DNA of 64,000 bases from the human T2T-CHM13v2.0 reference genome, Homo sapiens. Positions 1 to 13,999 of this stretch are shown in pieces. Position 1 is the stretch's first letter. The number at the start of each line of letters is the position of its first letter. The notes below the pieces were generated by a model that saw only the letters and a program-made list of their open reading frames with translations, did no database searches and was not told the DNA's origin. The translations under genes and the position numbers were made by a program. The DNA is taken from assembly GCF_009914755.1 (NCBI RefSeq), contig NC_060933.1; one strand, given 5' to 3'.

Positions 1-519
1 TACATCATTTCTGGAGGACAGTGTATACTATATACACTATATGTAAGTACATATATATAAGACATGCTCTTTGGTTCTGTCAACTTAAATTCTACTTTAT
101 ATTAAGGAAATAATCAGATTCAGACTGCCTGGGTTTGAATCCCAGGTACACTACTTACTTTTTGACTTTGGGTAAGTAAACCTCACCATACCTTAGTTTT
201 TTCATCTATAAAATGATAGATTATTATGAGGACCTAGATTATTATGAGGATTAAATGAGTTAATACATTAAAATGCTTAAAACTAGGCCTGACACATAGT
301 TATCATTCAATAAATGTCAGTAGTTGTCATCGAAAGTATTATTATAAACACATAGTTGTGCTCAAATGAAGTTTATGTTAATATTGTTTACATTAAAGAA
401 ACATTGGAAATGTAGTATGACCTTCTTTATGTAATACATACGTAATACAGAAATCGATATACATGTACGTCATATCGTGTATTTACATAAGCATAAGCAA
501 ATATGCTTATATATGTTTA

Positions 520-786
<267 letters not shown>

Positions 787-1334
787 TTAATCTGCATTTT
801 CCTATACATCTAACATGTATATATTACAATTATAAAAACTTCATAAGCAATTTTGTACAAGAACAACATTTATTCCAGTATTTTATAGAATACTGAAATA
901 TTGGAAATAGTCTAAATAGTCAACAATAAGGGGTTGACATAATAAGTTGCTGTATCTGTAAGGAGGAATTTATATAACCATTAAAAATTAATATTGCCAT
1001 AGAAAATACTGTTTTTAAAAACTTGTTACTAAGCTAAATCTGTTATTATAATATACAATAAGACCCTGATTTGGTTTTACTCATATTTTCTAAAGGAAAT
1101 ACAATAAATTTCCATAGAGGTTTTCTCTATACTGTTAACATTATACCACTTTCAATTTTCTTCTTTGTATAATGTAAAATTTTAATAATAAGCACAATTT
1201 GCTCATAATTTTGCTTTTTTAAAAATCAAGGGAAAATATAGTAGGAAATCATAAAATTTGGGTCTTGTCTTGATTGTGCCTCTAGCTGTTTTACTTCAGT
1301 ACTTCCGTTTTCCAGCCTTCTATTTCTTCATCTA

Positions 1335-1808
<474 letters not shown>

Positions 1809-1867
1809 TTATTTCTTATTTGTTAAGGCCATATTTTTTAGAAGCTACTTGTGGTTTATTTCTGCAG

Positions 1868-1954
1868 TTCATGTTCTTTGGTGGAATGAGAGTGCAGATA
1901 GTCGTGCAGCTGGGAGACATAAGTCCCATGAGGATCCCAGAGTTGTGGCAGCTG
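1868..1954 (+). CDS. NIPSNAP3A: NIPSNAP3A penultimate coding exon (exon 5, 87 nt)
   Basis: ctgcag|TTCATG...GCAGCTG|gtaagc; encodes (V)HVLWWNESADSRAAGRHKSHEDPRVVAA; near-identical to NIPSNAP3B exon at 15601-15687; lies upstream of NIPSNAP3B in tandem. Confidence 0.93.
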
Positions 1955-2044
1955 GTAAGCTGTTTGACTAGGCATGAATTATTTTTAGAACAAATGTGTT
2001 TCAGTCAGTAACTCTATATGCCTTTCTATGAAATGTTTTTCCAG

Positions 2045-2121
2045 TTCGGGAAAGTGTCAACTACCTAGTATCTCAGCAGAATATGCTTCTGATTCCTACA
2101 TCGTTTTCACCACTGAAATAG
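2045..2121 (+). CDS. NIPSNAP3A: NIPSNAP3A last coding exon (exon 6, CDS part)
   Basis: ttccag|TTCGGGAAAGT; (V)RESVNYLVSQQNMLLIPTSFSPLK*, TAG at 2119-2121. Confidence 0.93.
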
Positions 2122-2884
2122 TTTTCTACTGAAATACAAAACATTTCATTAACTGCTATAGGATCTGTCTGCTAATGGTGCTTAAATTCTCCCAAGAGGT
2201 TCTCACTTTTATTTGAAGGAGGTGGTAAGTTAATTTGCTATGTTTCTTGCATTATGAAGGCTACATCTGTGCTTTGTAAGTACCACTTCAAAAAATAGTT
2301 CTGTTTACTTTCTGCATGGTATTTCAGTGTCTGTCATACATTAAAAATACTTGTCACTGTTTTAAGATCTTGACTCTTCATTTGTTTCAGAATAGCTCTT
2401 CTACTGTATTCTGACAACTCTTTGCTTTATAGCATTTTGTTGTATTCAAATGATAATGGTAGCATTTCCATGCTTGTGACAGCATTTTTAAGTTATTAAT
2501 ATATTTTATCAACCTTTCCATCATGTCTGTTTTCCTGGTTTTTTTTGGTTGTTTTTTGACCAGTAAAATTTATTTTGTAATACCAAATAGGATTTAAGAA
2601 AATTAACGTATTTCTTTACTATGGAAAACCACATTGTCATTTGTGACATCATCTATATTAAATATGGTTTTCACATTAGTTATTTGTCACTTACTTGGAA
2701 AATGATGCTGTTAGGTCCTGGTATTAAAAATCTAGAAAAGACTTGTTGGTTTATGTGCTGAAATGTCTTTATTTATAATTAATTTTAACTACTATTTACT
2801 TCATTTCGGATCCTGTTTAACAAAGATACTTGAGACATCCATTTGTTTTAATGAAATCTGTATGGATATGGAAATGCTTGCCCT

Positions 2885-2890
2885 AATAAA
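2885..2890 (+). terminator. NIPSNAP3A: Polyadenylation signal AATAAA of NIPSNAP3A
   Basis: AATAAA followed by U/GU-rich sequence; same context (gcttgccctaataaaa) as the NIPSNAP3B signal at 16602. Confidence 0.75.
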
Positions 2891-4209
2891 AGCCTACATA
2901 TACCTTCTGGTTCTTTTTGTTGAGTTTTATATATTTATCTTTTCTGAAGCTATTGCTGTATTGCTATAAGGTAATGAGACAATACCAATTTACCGTCTTT
3001 ACTGTAAATATTAAGTTACCTCAAGAAAATTGTATCCCACTAACCCCAGAATCAGAGTTTCTTTAGTACTGTCACAGATGTGGTAGTGTTTTCCTACAAA
3101 CAACTTTAATTTTTAATTGAGTGCTTCCTATTAAAGTAGATTTGGTACTTCCAAGACTATGAAATCTATATTTACAGCTATGTTATTTTTACATTTCTAT
3201 GTTATTTTATATTTTTATTTTACACTGCTATTACATATAGCAAAGATAGTAAATTATGAATTAGCCATCTGAGGGAAATTGGAAAAGCAGAAAGTATAGT
3301 AACCCCTCATTTATCTAGCTCCCAGGGATTCAAAGGACAGATGAGTTTCCTACTAAGGCAAAGAAGACCCAACACTGGAGGTAAAAACTTATCACGGAAG
3401 TTAGAGGCATTGGCTCTGAGTTTTGTCTAAGAGTCTTCCATCTCAATGTTTATTTGGAAAGTTTTCACTCAGGAAATTTAAGCATCTAGAGTTTACATGT
3501 ACAACTGCTGTCCTCCTACCCAGTTGGGCCAGCACTGGATACACCTCTCCTGCTTTTGCATGAGCCTGACCTTTAAAAAAAAAAAAAAACATGCAAGAAC
3601 ATCATCAAGTAGATTGTTCCCTTTGCCCACTTCTTGTAATTCCCACCATCCTTCAGCTAATACTTATTTGTTATGAGAGGTGTAAAAATGCATCTTCACA
3701 CTCATCAGATCAGATGGGCAATAATAAGAAATTGGTCAGGAAAACCTCATACACTGCTATTAAGAATATACATTTATAGAACAGTTTGGCACGATTTAAT
3801 AAAGATGAATATATACATAACTTATGACCCAGCAATTCCATTCCTAATTATATACTCTAGAGTAGTGGTTTGTAACCTCTAGTACACAAATCCTGAAGGA
3901 TAGAATTCAGAGTCTGATAACTTGGATAGGTAAAAGTTCCATCTTTATTGGCACCAACTTCTAAGCATTTCCTTTGTTTGTGAAGGTAGGCAACAAACCA
4001 CAATATTATTAGCAGGACCTGCAACTTTTTAGTCAGTAAAAATCACAGATACTGTCAAATTCTATTTATAGTTGTTGCAAATACAGAAAATTTATTTTAC
4101 CTTCATCACTACTTCAAAATTATTATACCTCTTACACCTACCATTAGATATTGTTATTTAATATCTTATAAAGAATAGGTCTATTTCTTTATCAAGAATT
4201 TGCTTTTAG

Positions 4210-5610
4210 CAGTCCTAAGCAAAAAGAACAAAGCTAGAGGCATCACACTACCAGCCTTCAAAATATACTATAAGCTATAGTAACCAAAACAACATGGTAC
4301 TGGGATAGAAACAGAAACAGACCAATGGAACAGAATATATAACCCAGAAATTAATCCATACATCTACAGCCAACTGGTTTTTGACAAAGGTGCCAAGAAC
4401 ATACACTGGGGAAAAGACAGTCTCTTCAATAAATAGTGCCAGGAAAACTGGATATCAATATGCAGAAGAGTGAAACTAGACCCCCACCTCTCACTCTATA
4501 CAAAAATTCAGTTCAATGGGTCAAAGAGCTAAGTGTAAGACCTGAAACTAAAAGTACTAGAAGAAAATATAAGGGAAATGCTTCCGGACATTGTCTGGGA
4601 AAAAGTTTTATGAATAAGATTTCAAAAGCACAGACAACAAAAGCAAAAATAGATTATGTCAAACTAAAAAGCTTCTGCACAGCAAATGAAAAAATCAACA
4701 GAGTGAAAAAACCACCTATAGAATGGGAAAAAATAATTGCAAACTATTCATCTGACAGGGATTCATATCCAGAATATACAAGAAACTCAAACATCTCACC
4801 AGCAATAAAAACCAAACAAATCAATTTAAGAATGGGCAAATGATCTGAACAGACATTTCTCCAAAGGAGACATACAAATAGCTCACAAATATATGAAAAA
4901 TGTTCAACATCACTCATCATCAGGGAAGTGAGGTATTATCTCACCCCAGTTAGGCTATTATCAAAAAGTCAAAAAACAAAGCTGATGAGGATGCAGAGAA
5001 AAGGAAAATCGTATACACTGTTGGGAATGTAAACTCTTAGAACTACTATGGAGAACACTATGGAGTTTCCTCAAGAAACTACAAATAACCCACTACTGAG
5101 CATTATCCAAAGGAAAAGAAATCAGTATATCAGAAAGACATCTTCCCTCCCCCATGTTTATTGCAGCACTGTTCACAATAGCCAAGATACAGAATCAGCC
5201 TAGGTGTCCAGCAAGATTAATGGATAAAGAAAGTATGTTATATATACACAATGGAATACTATTCAGCAGTAAAAAGGAATGAAATCCTGTCCTTCACAGC
5301 AACATGGCTGGAACTGGTGGATATTATGTTAAGTGAAATATGCCAACAAGAGAAAGTTGCACACCACATGTTCTCATTAATGTATAAGCTTTAAAAAAAG
5401 TTGATTTCAGAAATAAAAAGTATAACAGGATTCTAGAGGATGGGAAAGATTAGGAGGAAGACAAGGATGGGAGAGATTTGTTAAACAAAATTATAGCTAG
5501 ATAGGAGGAATAGGTTCTAGTGCTCTATACCACTTCAGGATAACTATAGTTAATAATATATAGTTTCAAATTGCTAGGAGGATATTGAATGTTCTCAACA
5601 CAAATGATAA
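4210..5610 (+). mobile_element. 5'-truncated old LINE-1 (ORF2 C-terminus remnant + 3'UTR)
   Basis: L1 ORF2-like peptide KLKSFCTA..INRVK...EWEKI.ANY.SD with frameshifts, followed by L1 3'UTR motifs. Confidence 0.9.
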
Positions 5611-5733
5611 GCCCCCGGGGGAGTGGCTTCTGTGAGACCTAAATCCTCATCTGCCACAGAAGGAAGTCAACACATACTCTCCATAACTGAAAATGCAAGA
5701 AATAGCAGAAAATGACTATTATTTAAAAATACG

Positions 5734-6045
<312 letters not shown>

Positions 6046-6340
6046 TTAGAAGAACAGCTTAAAATGTTGAAGGTGGTTAGTCTGGGGACCAGTACTCTGG
6101 GACTGGGAGGACTAGACCAGAGGTCGGCTGTTTTGCTCTTAAGGCTTACAGAACGATCTAGTTTCAAACTATCTATGTTTAACTTCGACTTTTTCCTATC
6201 AGGCTCGGTGCTGCTATTCCACTGAGCTCATGGAAAATTAAATCTTTATTAGGAGCCTTCCAAGATCACAGTGGGGTGGCAATGGGGACAGATAATGCAG
6301 AAAAGCGAAGGCTCACTGGTCTACAAATACACGTCTATCA

Positions 6341-6601
<261 letters not shown>

Positions 6602-6669
6602 TTAAATGCAAAGCACTGCACATGCACACGCTGAACACCTCCCCTTCCTTCTCCAGGGGCAACACAAGC

Positions 6670-7300
6670 ACAACCGCCGCACATTTACGAATCTACACAA
6701 CTGCGCATCGGAGCGAATGAGGTCAGGGCCCAGAAAGGTGGGGCAGGAACGATCCCAGCCTTCAGCTAATTCTGTCACCTCTAACGTCTGGGGCAAGAAC
6801 GTTTCAGGAAACCAAGGGGGACCGAGGCTCAGCGCCGAAGAGAAAGACGCCAACTGCGGGACCTGTCGCGCCTCCCGCGCCGGGGTGGAGCTGACCCCGC
6901 CGAGTCCCGCCCCTGCCTGAGTTCGCCAGTGGTCCAGGAGCCGCTTTTTTCCACTCGGGAAGACTTCAGAGAAGTCTCACAAAGGACTCGGCTGGCTGCT
7001 TTTCTCAGTGCCGAAGCCGCGCCATGCTCGTTCTCAGAAGCGGCCTGACCAAGGCGCTTGCCTCACGGACGCTCGCGCCTCAGGTACTGGCCGCGGGGGC
7101 GCGCCCGAGCCCTGGCCGGAAGGGAGGGGAGGGGCGGGGGGTATTTCTGAAGCGTGCGAGCCACGCTCAGGCGCTCCCAGACCTGGGGCCCCGCGCCGCC
7201 GCCGAAGTTCTAACGCGGTCTCTGGAGCCGTCTGGCGCGCAAGGAGGAGGCTACAGGCCGGGGTCGTCTCGCTGGCAGTCGCTGTCAGAGGGGTTTTCTA
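6670..7300 (+). promoter_or_regulatory. NIPSNAP3B: CpG-island promoter / exon 1 of NIPSNAP3B
   Basis: GC- and CpG-dense; GC boxes near 6895-6912 and 7131-7139; Kozak-like gcgccATG at 7024. Confidence 0.85.
7024..7083 (+). CDS. NIPSNAP3B: NIPSNAP3B exon 1 CDS (mitochondrial presequence-like N-terminus)
   Basis: MLVLRSGLTKALASRTLAPQ|gtactg; rich in Arg/Ser/Leu/Ala, no acidic residues. Confidence 0.93.
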
Positions 7301-7323
7301 ACTGGATGCCAGTGTTTTTGTGA

Positions 7324-7628
<305 letters not shown>

Positions 7629-9107
7629 TGATGCCAGCTGTTTCTAGCCTAAATGCCACAACTCCCGGGACACCCCCGTGGCGCCAGCTGTTGCGTTTTT
7701 TTAGGATAACATCTCCAGATACAAATCTCCGAAAATCAACTTTAAAAGCAGTTATTAGAAATACCTCATTGGCCCATTTTCCGAGATAATAATATTTTTA
7801 AACTGTAGATACTAAGCAGTTTTTTATTTTCAGAATTTGATTAAACTGACCCAAAAAGAATGGCCATCAAAAGAAAGGATAGTTGCAGGTATTTTTTGGT
7901 ATGAAGAAGGGTTTTCTAAGAAAACTAAGACACTTGGGCAATAAGGGCATAACTCATACTGGAGATGAATGAACTCAAGATAGACAATTATAATTAAGAC
8001 GTTATGCACACAAACTACATAGACATTTGCATGTTGTAACCAAAAATATGTCAGTGAAAGATGCCTACTGAAACTGTTGCGATAGATTATTCTGGGTAGT
8101 GAGCCTCAGGAAATTGTCACATGCTAACCATGCCTAAATGAATGGATTTGTAAACTAGAATGCCACGGGAGTGGTCTGTGTATACACGTGTGTTTACATA
8201 AATATTTGCATGTACGTACATACAGACAGACTGGATAATTTCTGACAGGGCATTTGCTACTGAACATTAAGCTCACTCAGGCTCAGAGGGCCAGATTAGG
8301 ACAGAAAATTTACCCATTGGGCATATGACTATTACAAAGGGTGGTTCTTAAAGGATAGTTCCATAAACTTGGTATAATTGAGTGCACTAAATGTACATAC
8401 TTCTTGATATTGCATCTATAATTAGAAACAATGATGGAGACAATTCTCATTTGTTGAGTTTTTTTCCTTTTCAGCCTTTATGCAGTATACACCCATAGTA
8501 CAATGCAATTGGATAAGTTATAGCTTCCTTTTATATTAGTTACATTCCAGTCCTGTTTTTGACCGGTAGTCTTCATCAGTAGATTCAGGAAATACTTTGA
8601 CCTGAATAGCCCTTCCTGTTTTTTTAGGAACCTTTTAAAAACAAGAGTTTTTTGTTAGTAAACGTATTTTTGGGCCTGCCAAAAGGCATGTGTACTTAAT
8701 AAATTTTTTTCAATGTGTGGAACTAATACATATGGTATTGAGTAAGATGGAATATTGGCTAAACAGGGGAAAACCCTTTGTAAATTAAAGAGACTAAGTC
8801 TTAAATGTAGTTCTTCGGTAAAGGAGTATCATTATGATCCCACAGCCTTCTTGTGAGCAAATTCTCGTGAAAAAATGGCTAGAGGTAGACCCCTGCTAGG
8901 AAACAGTTGCTATATATTCATCAGAATTAAGAGTAGTTATCTTTATTGACATCTCTATGTAAACAAGTGTATATGGAGAATTGACAACAAAAGTAAACAA
9001 TGGATAATGAGTCTATGTGTGTTCCTTGTACCAGACTCAGATTTGGTTGTAACCAAATCTGTAATTGTACCTTCCCAAGATATTTACATTTGTCTTACCT
9101 CCTTCAG

Positions 9108-9318
9108 GTGTGTTCATCTTTTGCTACGGGCCCTAGACAATACGATGGAACGTTCTATGAATTTCGTACTTATTACCTTAAACCTTCAAATATGAATGCG
9201 TTCATGGAAAATCTTAAGAAAAACATTCATCTTCGGACCTCTTACTCTGAATTGGTTGGATTCTGGAGTGTAGAATTTGGAGGCAGAACGAATAAAGTGT
9301 TTCATATTTGGAAGTATG
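9108..9318 (+). CDS. NIPSNAP3B: NIPSNAP3B exon 2 (211 nt)
   Basis: ttcag|GTGTGT...AAGTATG|gtaaag; VCSSFATGPRQYDGTFYEFRTYYLKP...VFHIWKY (NIPSNAP domain). Confidence 0.95.
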
Positions 9319-10655
9319 GTAAAGAGTCATCCAGTTTTAGTATTCAGTATAGATTTTCATTCTGTTAAATGTAACATAAGACTTAGTTCTTGGATCTATA
9401 TTACCATAGATACATACAGGTTAAGTAAGACTTTTTAAAAGCAATACCAAAAAAATAAATTTAGCAGATCTTCTTCCCAGTGGTACACCTCTAACCACCC
9501 CTTGCTTGAACTCTTATGTTATCATAAATGAGAAAACATGCAGTCTCATATATCAAACCATAAAATTGTGAATTAGACTTTAATCCTCAGAAAAATGTTA
9601 GAATCGTTTGCTATAAAGATAGCTCATGAAAAATTTAAAGCAGTAATTGTAAATGTTCAAGTGGGTTAAGATCACCGTTGGGCCTGCCAAAAGACATGTA
9701 TATTTAATAAAAATGTTTTAAATGTGTAACTAATGTATATGGTATTGACGAAGATGGAATACTGGCTAAATAAGGGAGAAAGCTTTGTAAATTTATGAGA
9801 CTCCTAATTGCAGTTCTTGGGTAAAGGAGTGTCATTAGGATAAGATAATTTTTTTTTTTCTTATTATTGTTACAGCTAGGGCTGGATATCAGCATTTTTG
9901 CAGAAATAATTCATCCATTTGGGAGCTTTATAAAAATGGAGGTTTTTAAAGGATGATAGTTAACTTTTAAGCGTCACCCAACTCTGAGATTTAATAATTC
10001 TGTTATGTTTAGAGACCACTTCTTTTTTCATTTCTGTACCCCAGAGTTTCAAGGAATTCTTTCATACTACCCTAGGGAGGTAAGGAAAAGGAATGAGAGA
10101 CAGTCCTTCCCATATTGAAGCTGACCTACCCCTGGTTTAGTAGAGGAAAGAGAACAAGTAACAAGAATCCCCAGAATGTTTGTTACTTCCATGTCTGTTC
10201 TTAACAGTCCACATCAGGACTTGAGGATACCTAAAGAACTTTTAATAATTTCATTTACTGTTTAGTGATCAGTGTCCAAAGTTAATAGTCATAAAGTAAT
10301 TTAATATGAAAAGTGTTCATTCTATGCTTGACGTAACTCTTTAGTTTTTCCCTGTTATAATAAAACAGACCCTATTAAAACATAATTTATGCTTTAGATA
10401 AACCACAAGTTGAAACATGTCCCATTGAAAAAACTGCTAATAAAGTGTTTATAATTCATTTATATGCTTTAGATAAACCACATATATAATCCACTTATGT
10501 GCGTTAGGTGAGCCACAAGTTTAATTGTGTCCCATTAAACTGCTCGTAAAGTCTTTACAATTCACTTGTAAGATAGGTGTTATTCCTTATCCTCAGCATA
10601 AATCATATAATTCATTTACTATTAGTCTTAGGAGGCCCTAAAAGTAAATATACTA

Positions 10656-10952
10656 TAGTTGTCCCTCTGTATTTGCAGGAGGTTGCAGGAGGTTGGTACC
10701 AGGAACCCCTGTAGATACCAGATTCAGCTCAAGTCCATTATATGAAACAGCATACTGTTTCCATCAAACCCACACACATCCTTCCATATACTTTAAAGCA
10801 TCTCTAGATTATTTTTAATCCCTAATACAATATAGATACTATGTAAGTAGTTGTTATACTATATTATTTCACTTGTATTTTTAAAAAATATTTTTAATCT
10901 GCAGTTGGTTGAATCCACAGATGCAGAACCTGTGGAGAGGGAGGGCTGACTA
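10656..10952. mobile_element. MER2 (Tigger-derived DNA transposon relic)
   Basis: Terminal inverted repeats tagttgtccctc / gagggctgacta, TA target duplication, internal catctctagatta..taatacaat motif. Confidence 0.8.
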
Positions 10953-11646
10953 TACTAGGCCCATATCTTGGTAAATGTATATACCTGTTTGGGTAACTTA
11001 GAAAGAAGAGAAATAAGTTGTAGAGAAAAAGAATTACTGACAAGAAATAAAAGAATCAGCACTATTTCATTGGGAGCTGTTGTTCAAAAAAGAGGCTTAA
11101 AAAGTGCATCTTAATTTCATTTATGTTAACTTTGATTCAAAGTGTACCTTGACCTAATCACCCACCACCAAGGAAAAATAGTCTTTCTCTATAAATCAAA
11201 TGCTTCCATTGATAAGAATCGTTAACATATACTGAGTACTAACTAAGGTGCCAAACACCATTCTAAGCTCTTTTCATGTACTAATTCATTTAATCCTCAC
11301 AACAACACTGGAGGTAGATGTTATACTATTTTCTTCACAGAATAAGAAACTGAGGCACAGAAAGATTGAATAACGAACCTAATTCACACAACTTCCTAAG
11401 AAAGTCTTAGAGCCTATAAAGCCCATTCTATGTCAATTAAGTTAGTTTTTTACATTTCAACTCCCCTTTTAGACCATGAGTAACTTGAGAGCAGTTGTCA
11501 CATATATTTATGTTGGCATCTCCAGCGACATAATAACATGGGGTTCCCATATGGCCTTGCACGTTTGCTGAACTGAGTAAAATTCAAGTAAAAATATGGG
11601 CGATTTTAAATAAAAAAACATTTTCTTAACTATTTTCCTCCCATAG

Positions 11647-11805
11647 ATAATTTTGCTCATCGAGCTGAAGTTCGGAAAGCCTTAGCCAACTGTAAGGAAT
11701 GGCAAGAACAATCTATCATTCCAAATTTGGCTCGCATTGATAAACAAGAGACGGAAATTACTTACCTGATACCATGGTCCAAATTAGAAAAGCCTCCAAA
11801 AGAAG
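11647..11805 (+). CDS. NIPSNAP3B: NIPSNAP3B exon 3 (159 nt)
   Basis: ccatag|ATAATT...AAGAAG|gtgagt; DNFAHRAEVRKALANCKEWQEQ...WSKLEKPPKE. Confidence 0.95.
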
Positions 11806-11954
11806 GTGAGTTCTTCCCTCTTAGACTATGAGTTTTAATGAGTAAAATACTAAAGACCTAAAGCTATAAAGAGTAAAGTTCTATAGGAAAAAAATATATA
11901 ATTCTTTGTTTTATATAATAATATATGATGAGTCTGGAGATAAAAATGAATTAG

Positions 11955-12259
11955 AGACTGGGCGCGGTGGCTCACGCCTATAATCTCAGCACTTTGGAAG
12001 GCCGAGGCGGGCGAATCACTTGAGGTCAAGAATTCAAGATCCGCCTGGTCAACGTAGTGAAGCCCCATCTCTACCAAAAATACAAAAATTAGCTGGGTGT
12101 GGTGGTGCATGCCTGTAGTCCCAGCTACTAGGGAGGCTGAGGCAGGGGAATGGCGTGAACTCAGAAGGCGGAGCTTCCAGTGAGCCGAGATCTCGCCACT
12201 GCACTCCAGCCTGGGCGACAGAGCGAGACTCCGTCTCAAAAAAAAAAAAAAAAAAAAAA
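11955..12259 (+). mobile_element. Alu in NIPSNAP3B intron 3
   Basis: Dimeric Alu, poly(A), TSD gaattagag. Confidence 0.95.
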
Positions 12260-13636
12260 GAGAATTAGAGTTCTAGAGCTCTTTGCTTATCCTTAAAACA
12301 TTGAGCTTATCCTTAAACATTGCTTATCCTTAAAACAAAAAATGAAGTATTTTTCCATATTGAAATCTAACGGATGCCTAACAAAAGTTGACATGGTCAA
12401 TACAGGTGAAAAAGTGGGGCTTGGGAGCTAGGAAAACAGGTGTAGGTAGATGAGTCGTAGTTTATGAAATTTTGTCACAGTTTTAAAATGTATAAACTTT
12501 TAAATATAAAAGTATTTTTTCCACAAAGTCAGCTAATCTTAAATCATTAAGTACATCTTTGCTTGTAAACTGACTGTTTTGGGGGAATGAATTAACTTAC
12601 ACTGCTAAGCTACATTATTGTAGTTTAACTTTTGTGTCTTCCTCTTTCTTGTTTCTCAGTTTGAAAAGATTTGTCTTCTTCCTGATTTCACTTCTTGCTC
12701 ACTAAAGGAAATAATTACCTCTATCTAATTTTAAACAGAGGTCAGATTCGAAAAGCATAAACTAATTTAAATTTCATTTTATGTCTCCCATAAACTCAAC
12801 TTTGTATTTTATTTTAGATTATAAGAGATTTGAAAAGTCTTGTTTGGATTCTAATGTACTTAAAACTCCCCTTAACTTTCAGCACTAAGTAAAACAGTTG
12901 GCTTCTCAGTGTCAAGTCTTATTAATAGTTCGCTTCCTCTATGTTGTTCATAATTCTTTAGTAACTTTGTATTTCTTTCCTTTTTCTTGTCCAATCTACC
13001 TTGTCCTCTAGTTTCTTTCTCTCCACCCATCTTATACTTCTGGCCAGAAGGTAGAATGGTTTTTAAGCATTTACCTGGATATTTAGGAAGAATAAAACCA
13101 TCTCCTTGAGGGTTTTCTTTTTTTCCTTAAAGGCTCAGACATGACTTCGGGTCAACTAGAAATAGAATCCTACCGGAGAAAATTATACAAAGGAAAAAGT
13201 TATTTCCTCTCAAAATTGAAAAGGAGAAGGAAATGTAGGATATCAGAAAGTACTTCTCTTATGCATTTCTTTTTTAAAAAGTGTAGACAGGCAGCTTGAA
13301 AATTCTGCTTCATTATACATTCTCAGTATCTGTTTTCCTGACAAATTTTATAGATTAAAAATATTTCAGAGTGTAGTTTATATATAGCTTCCAGTCCTTT
13401 TTCTTTATTTTCTTTATGATTAATTTTAACAACTGACCCTTAAACATGGACAAAGACTTTCTAAACATAAAAGCAAAGAAAAATAATGCAGAGAATCAAT
13501 AAATGTGACTGCATATGTATGTATACATGGATTATCCTCTAACTTCATTGGTTAGCCTTCTAATGAAATCAGGAAAACCTGGTTAGAAATTGTTTGAATG
13601 TCTTCTGTGAAATAATTATTTTTCTCCCTATTCTAG

Positions 13637-13786
13637 GAGTCTATGAACTAGCTGTTTTTCAGATGAAACCTGGTGGGCCAGCTCTGTGGGGTGATGCATT
13701 TGAAAGAGCAATTAATGCCCATGTCAATTTAGGCTACACAAAAGTAGTTGGTGTTTTCCACACAGAATATGGAGAACTCAACAGAG
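13637..13786 (+). CDS. NIPSNAP3B: NIPSNAP3B exon 4 (150 nt)
   Basis: ttctag|GAGTCT...ACAGAG|gtacag; GVYELAVFQMKPGGPALWGDAF...TEYGELNR. Confidence 0.95.
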
Positions 13787-13999
13787 GTACAGTTGTCCAT
13801 TTGTTCTATGAAGTTGCCATGTGTATTAGATCAGTTCGTCTCTCTTTTTCATTTTGGTACCTGTTTTAATTTTTATCTCCAAATTTTTAGAGTTTGTTGT
13901 TTATAGGATTGAAAAAATCTATAAGCATCTTATTTTACATCTTATTTTTTTAGAATGTTAATACTTTATGGAGCCTTTTTCAAATGCTGAACTGGTGTT

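Noticed and set aside
1868-2121. Duplicate of NIPSNAP3B exons 5-6 as a pseudogene fragment or assembly artefact
   Set aside because: Frame, splice sites and poly(A) signal are intact and the flanks are diverged; this is the 3' end of the known paralogue NIPSNAP3A.
4436-4843. 135-aa ORF
   Set aside because: Frameshifted LINE-1 ORF2 remnant, not a gene.
6602-7323. Several overlapping ~100-aa ORFs in the CpG island
   Set aside because: GC-rich DNA is depleted of stop codons; only 7024-7083 is supported by splicing into exon 2.
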